The notes under the pieces were generated by a model, which was not told the DNA's origin, did no database searches, and saw nothing but the letters and a program-made list of their open reading frames with translations. Both the position numbers and the translations under genes were made by a program. Below are positions 63,868-64,000 of a DNA stretch of 64,000 bases, piece by piece (within the stretch, counting starts at the first letter, position 1; each line of letters starts with the position of its first letter). The stretch is from Lama guanicoe (Eukaryota), in NCBI GenBank assembly GCA_013239625.1, contig MU054212.1, forward strand, positions 4,932,270 through 4,996,269, written 5' to 3'.

Positions 63868-64000
63868 GTCCATCAGTAGATAAATAGATAAAACACATTG
63901 TGGTATGTACATACAACACAATATTAATCAGCCTTAAAAAGGAAAGAATTTCTGACACATACTACAACATGAATGAAACTTGACATTATGCAAAGTGAAA
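63868..64000 (+). mobile_element. L1MA/MB-like 3' UTR fragment (cut by window end)
   Basis: gtccatcagtagataaatagataa..tgtggtatgtacataca..tcagccttaaaaaggaaagaatttctgacacatactacaacatgaatgaa. Confidence 0.88.

Overview
AT-rich eutherian genomic DNA, intronic or intergenic, with no prokaryotic features. It is most likely camelid, based on a Vic-1-like tRNA-derived SINE at 18762-18875 and artiodactyl-type L1 3' ends. Much of the window is recognisable transposon debris: MIR, L2, L3/CR1, old and young L1, MaLR solo LTRs plus one LTR-internal-LTR MLT1A element, LTR16A/LTR33, two ERV solo LTRs, MER5 and Tigger5. No complete or nameable protein-coding gene is visible. Repeat-free islands carry (i) one very strong plus-strand exon (7445-7538) and a possible alternative first exon near 38.9 kb, and (ii) a series of minus-strand exon-like segments (about 61.7 kb down to 0.37 kb). 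Several of the latter are phase-compatible and end in a polyA-signal-bearing last exon, while others contain stops or frameshifts; they may be an unannotated or decaying antisense gene. The most striking sequence-level structures are a perfect 49-bp inverted repeat (31431-31595) and a SINE+L1-tail chimera sharing one target-site duplication. Repeat family names were recognised by eye, and old-repeat boundaries are approximate.
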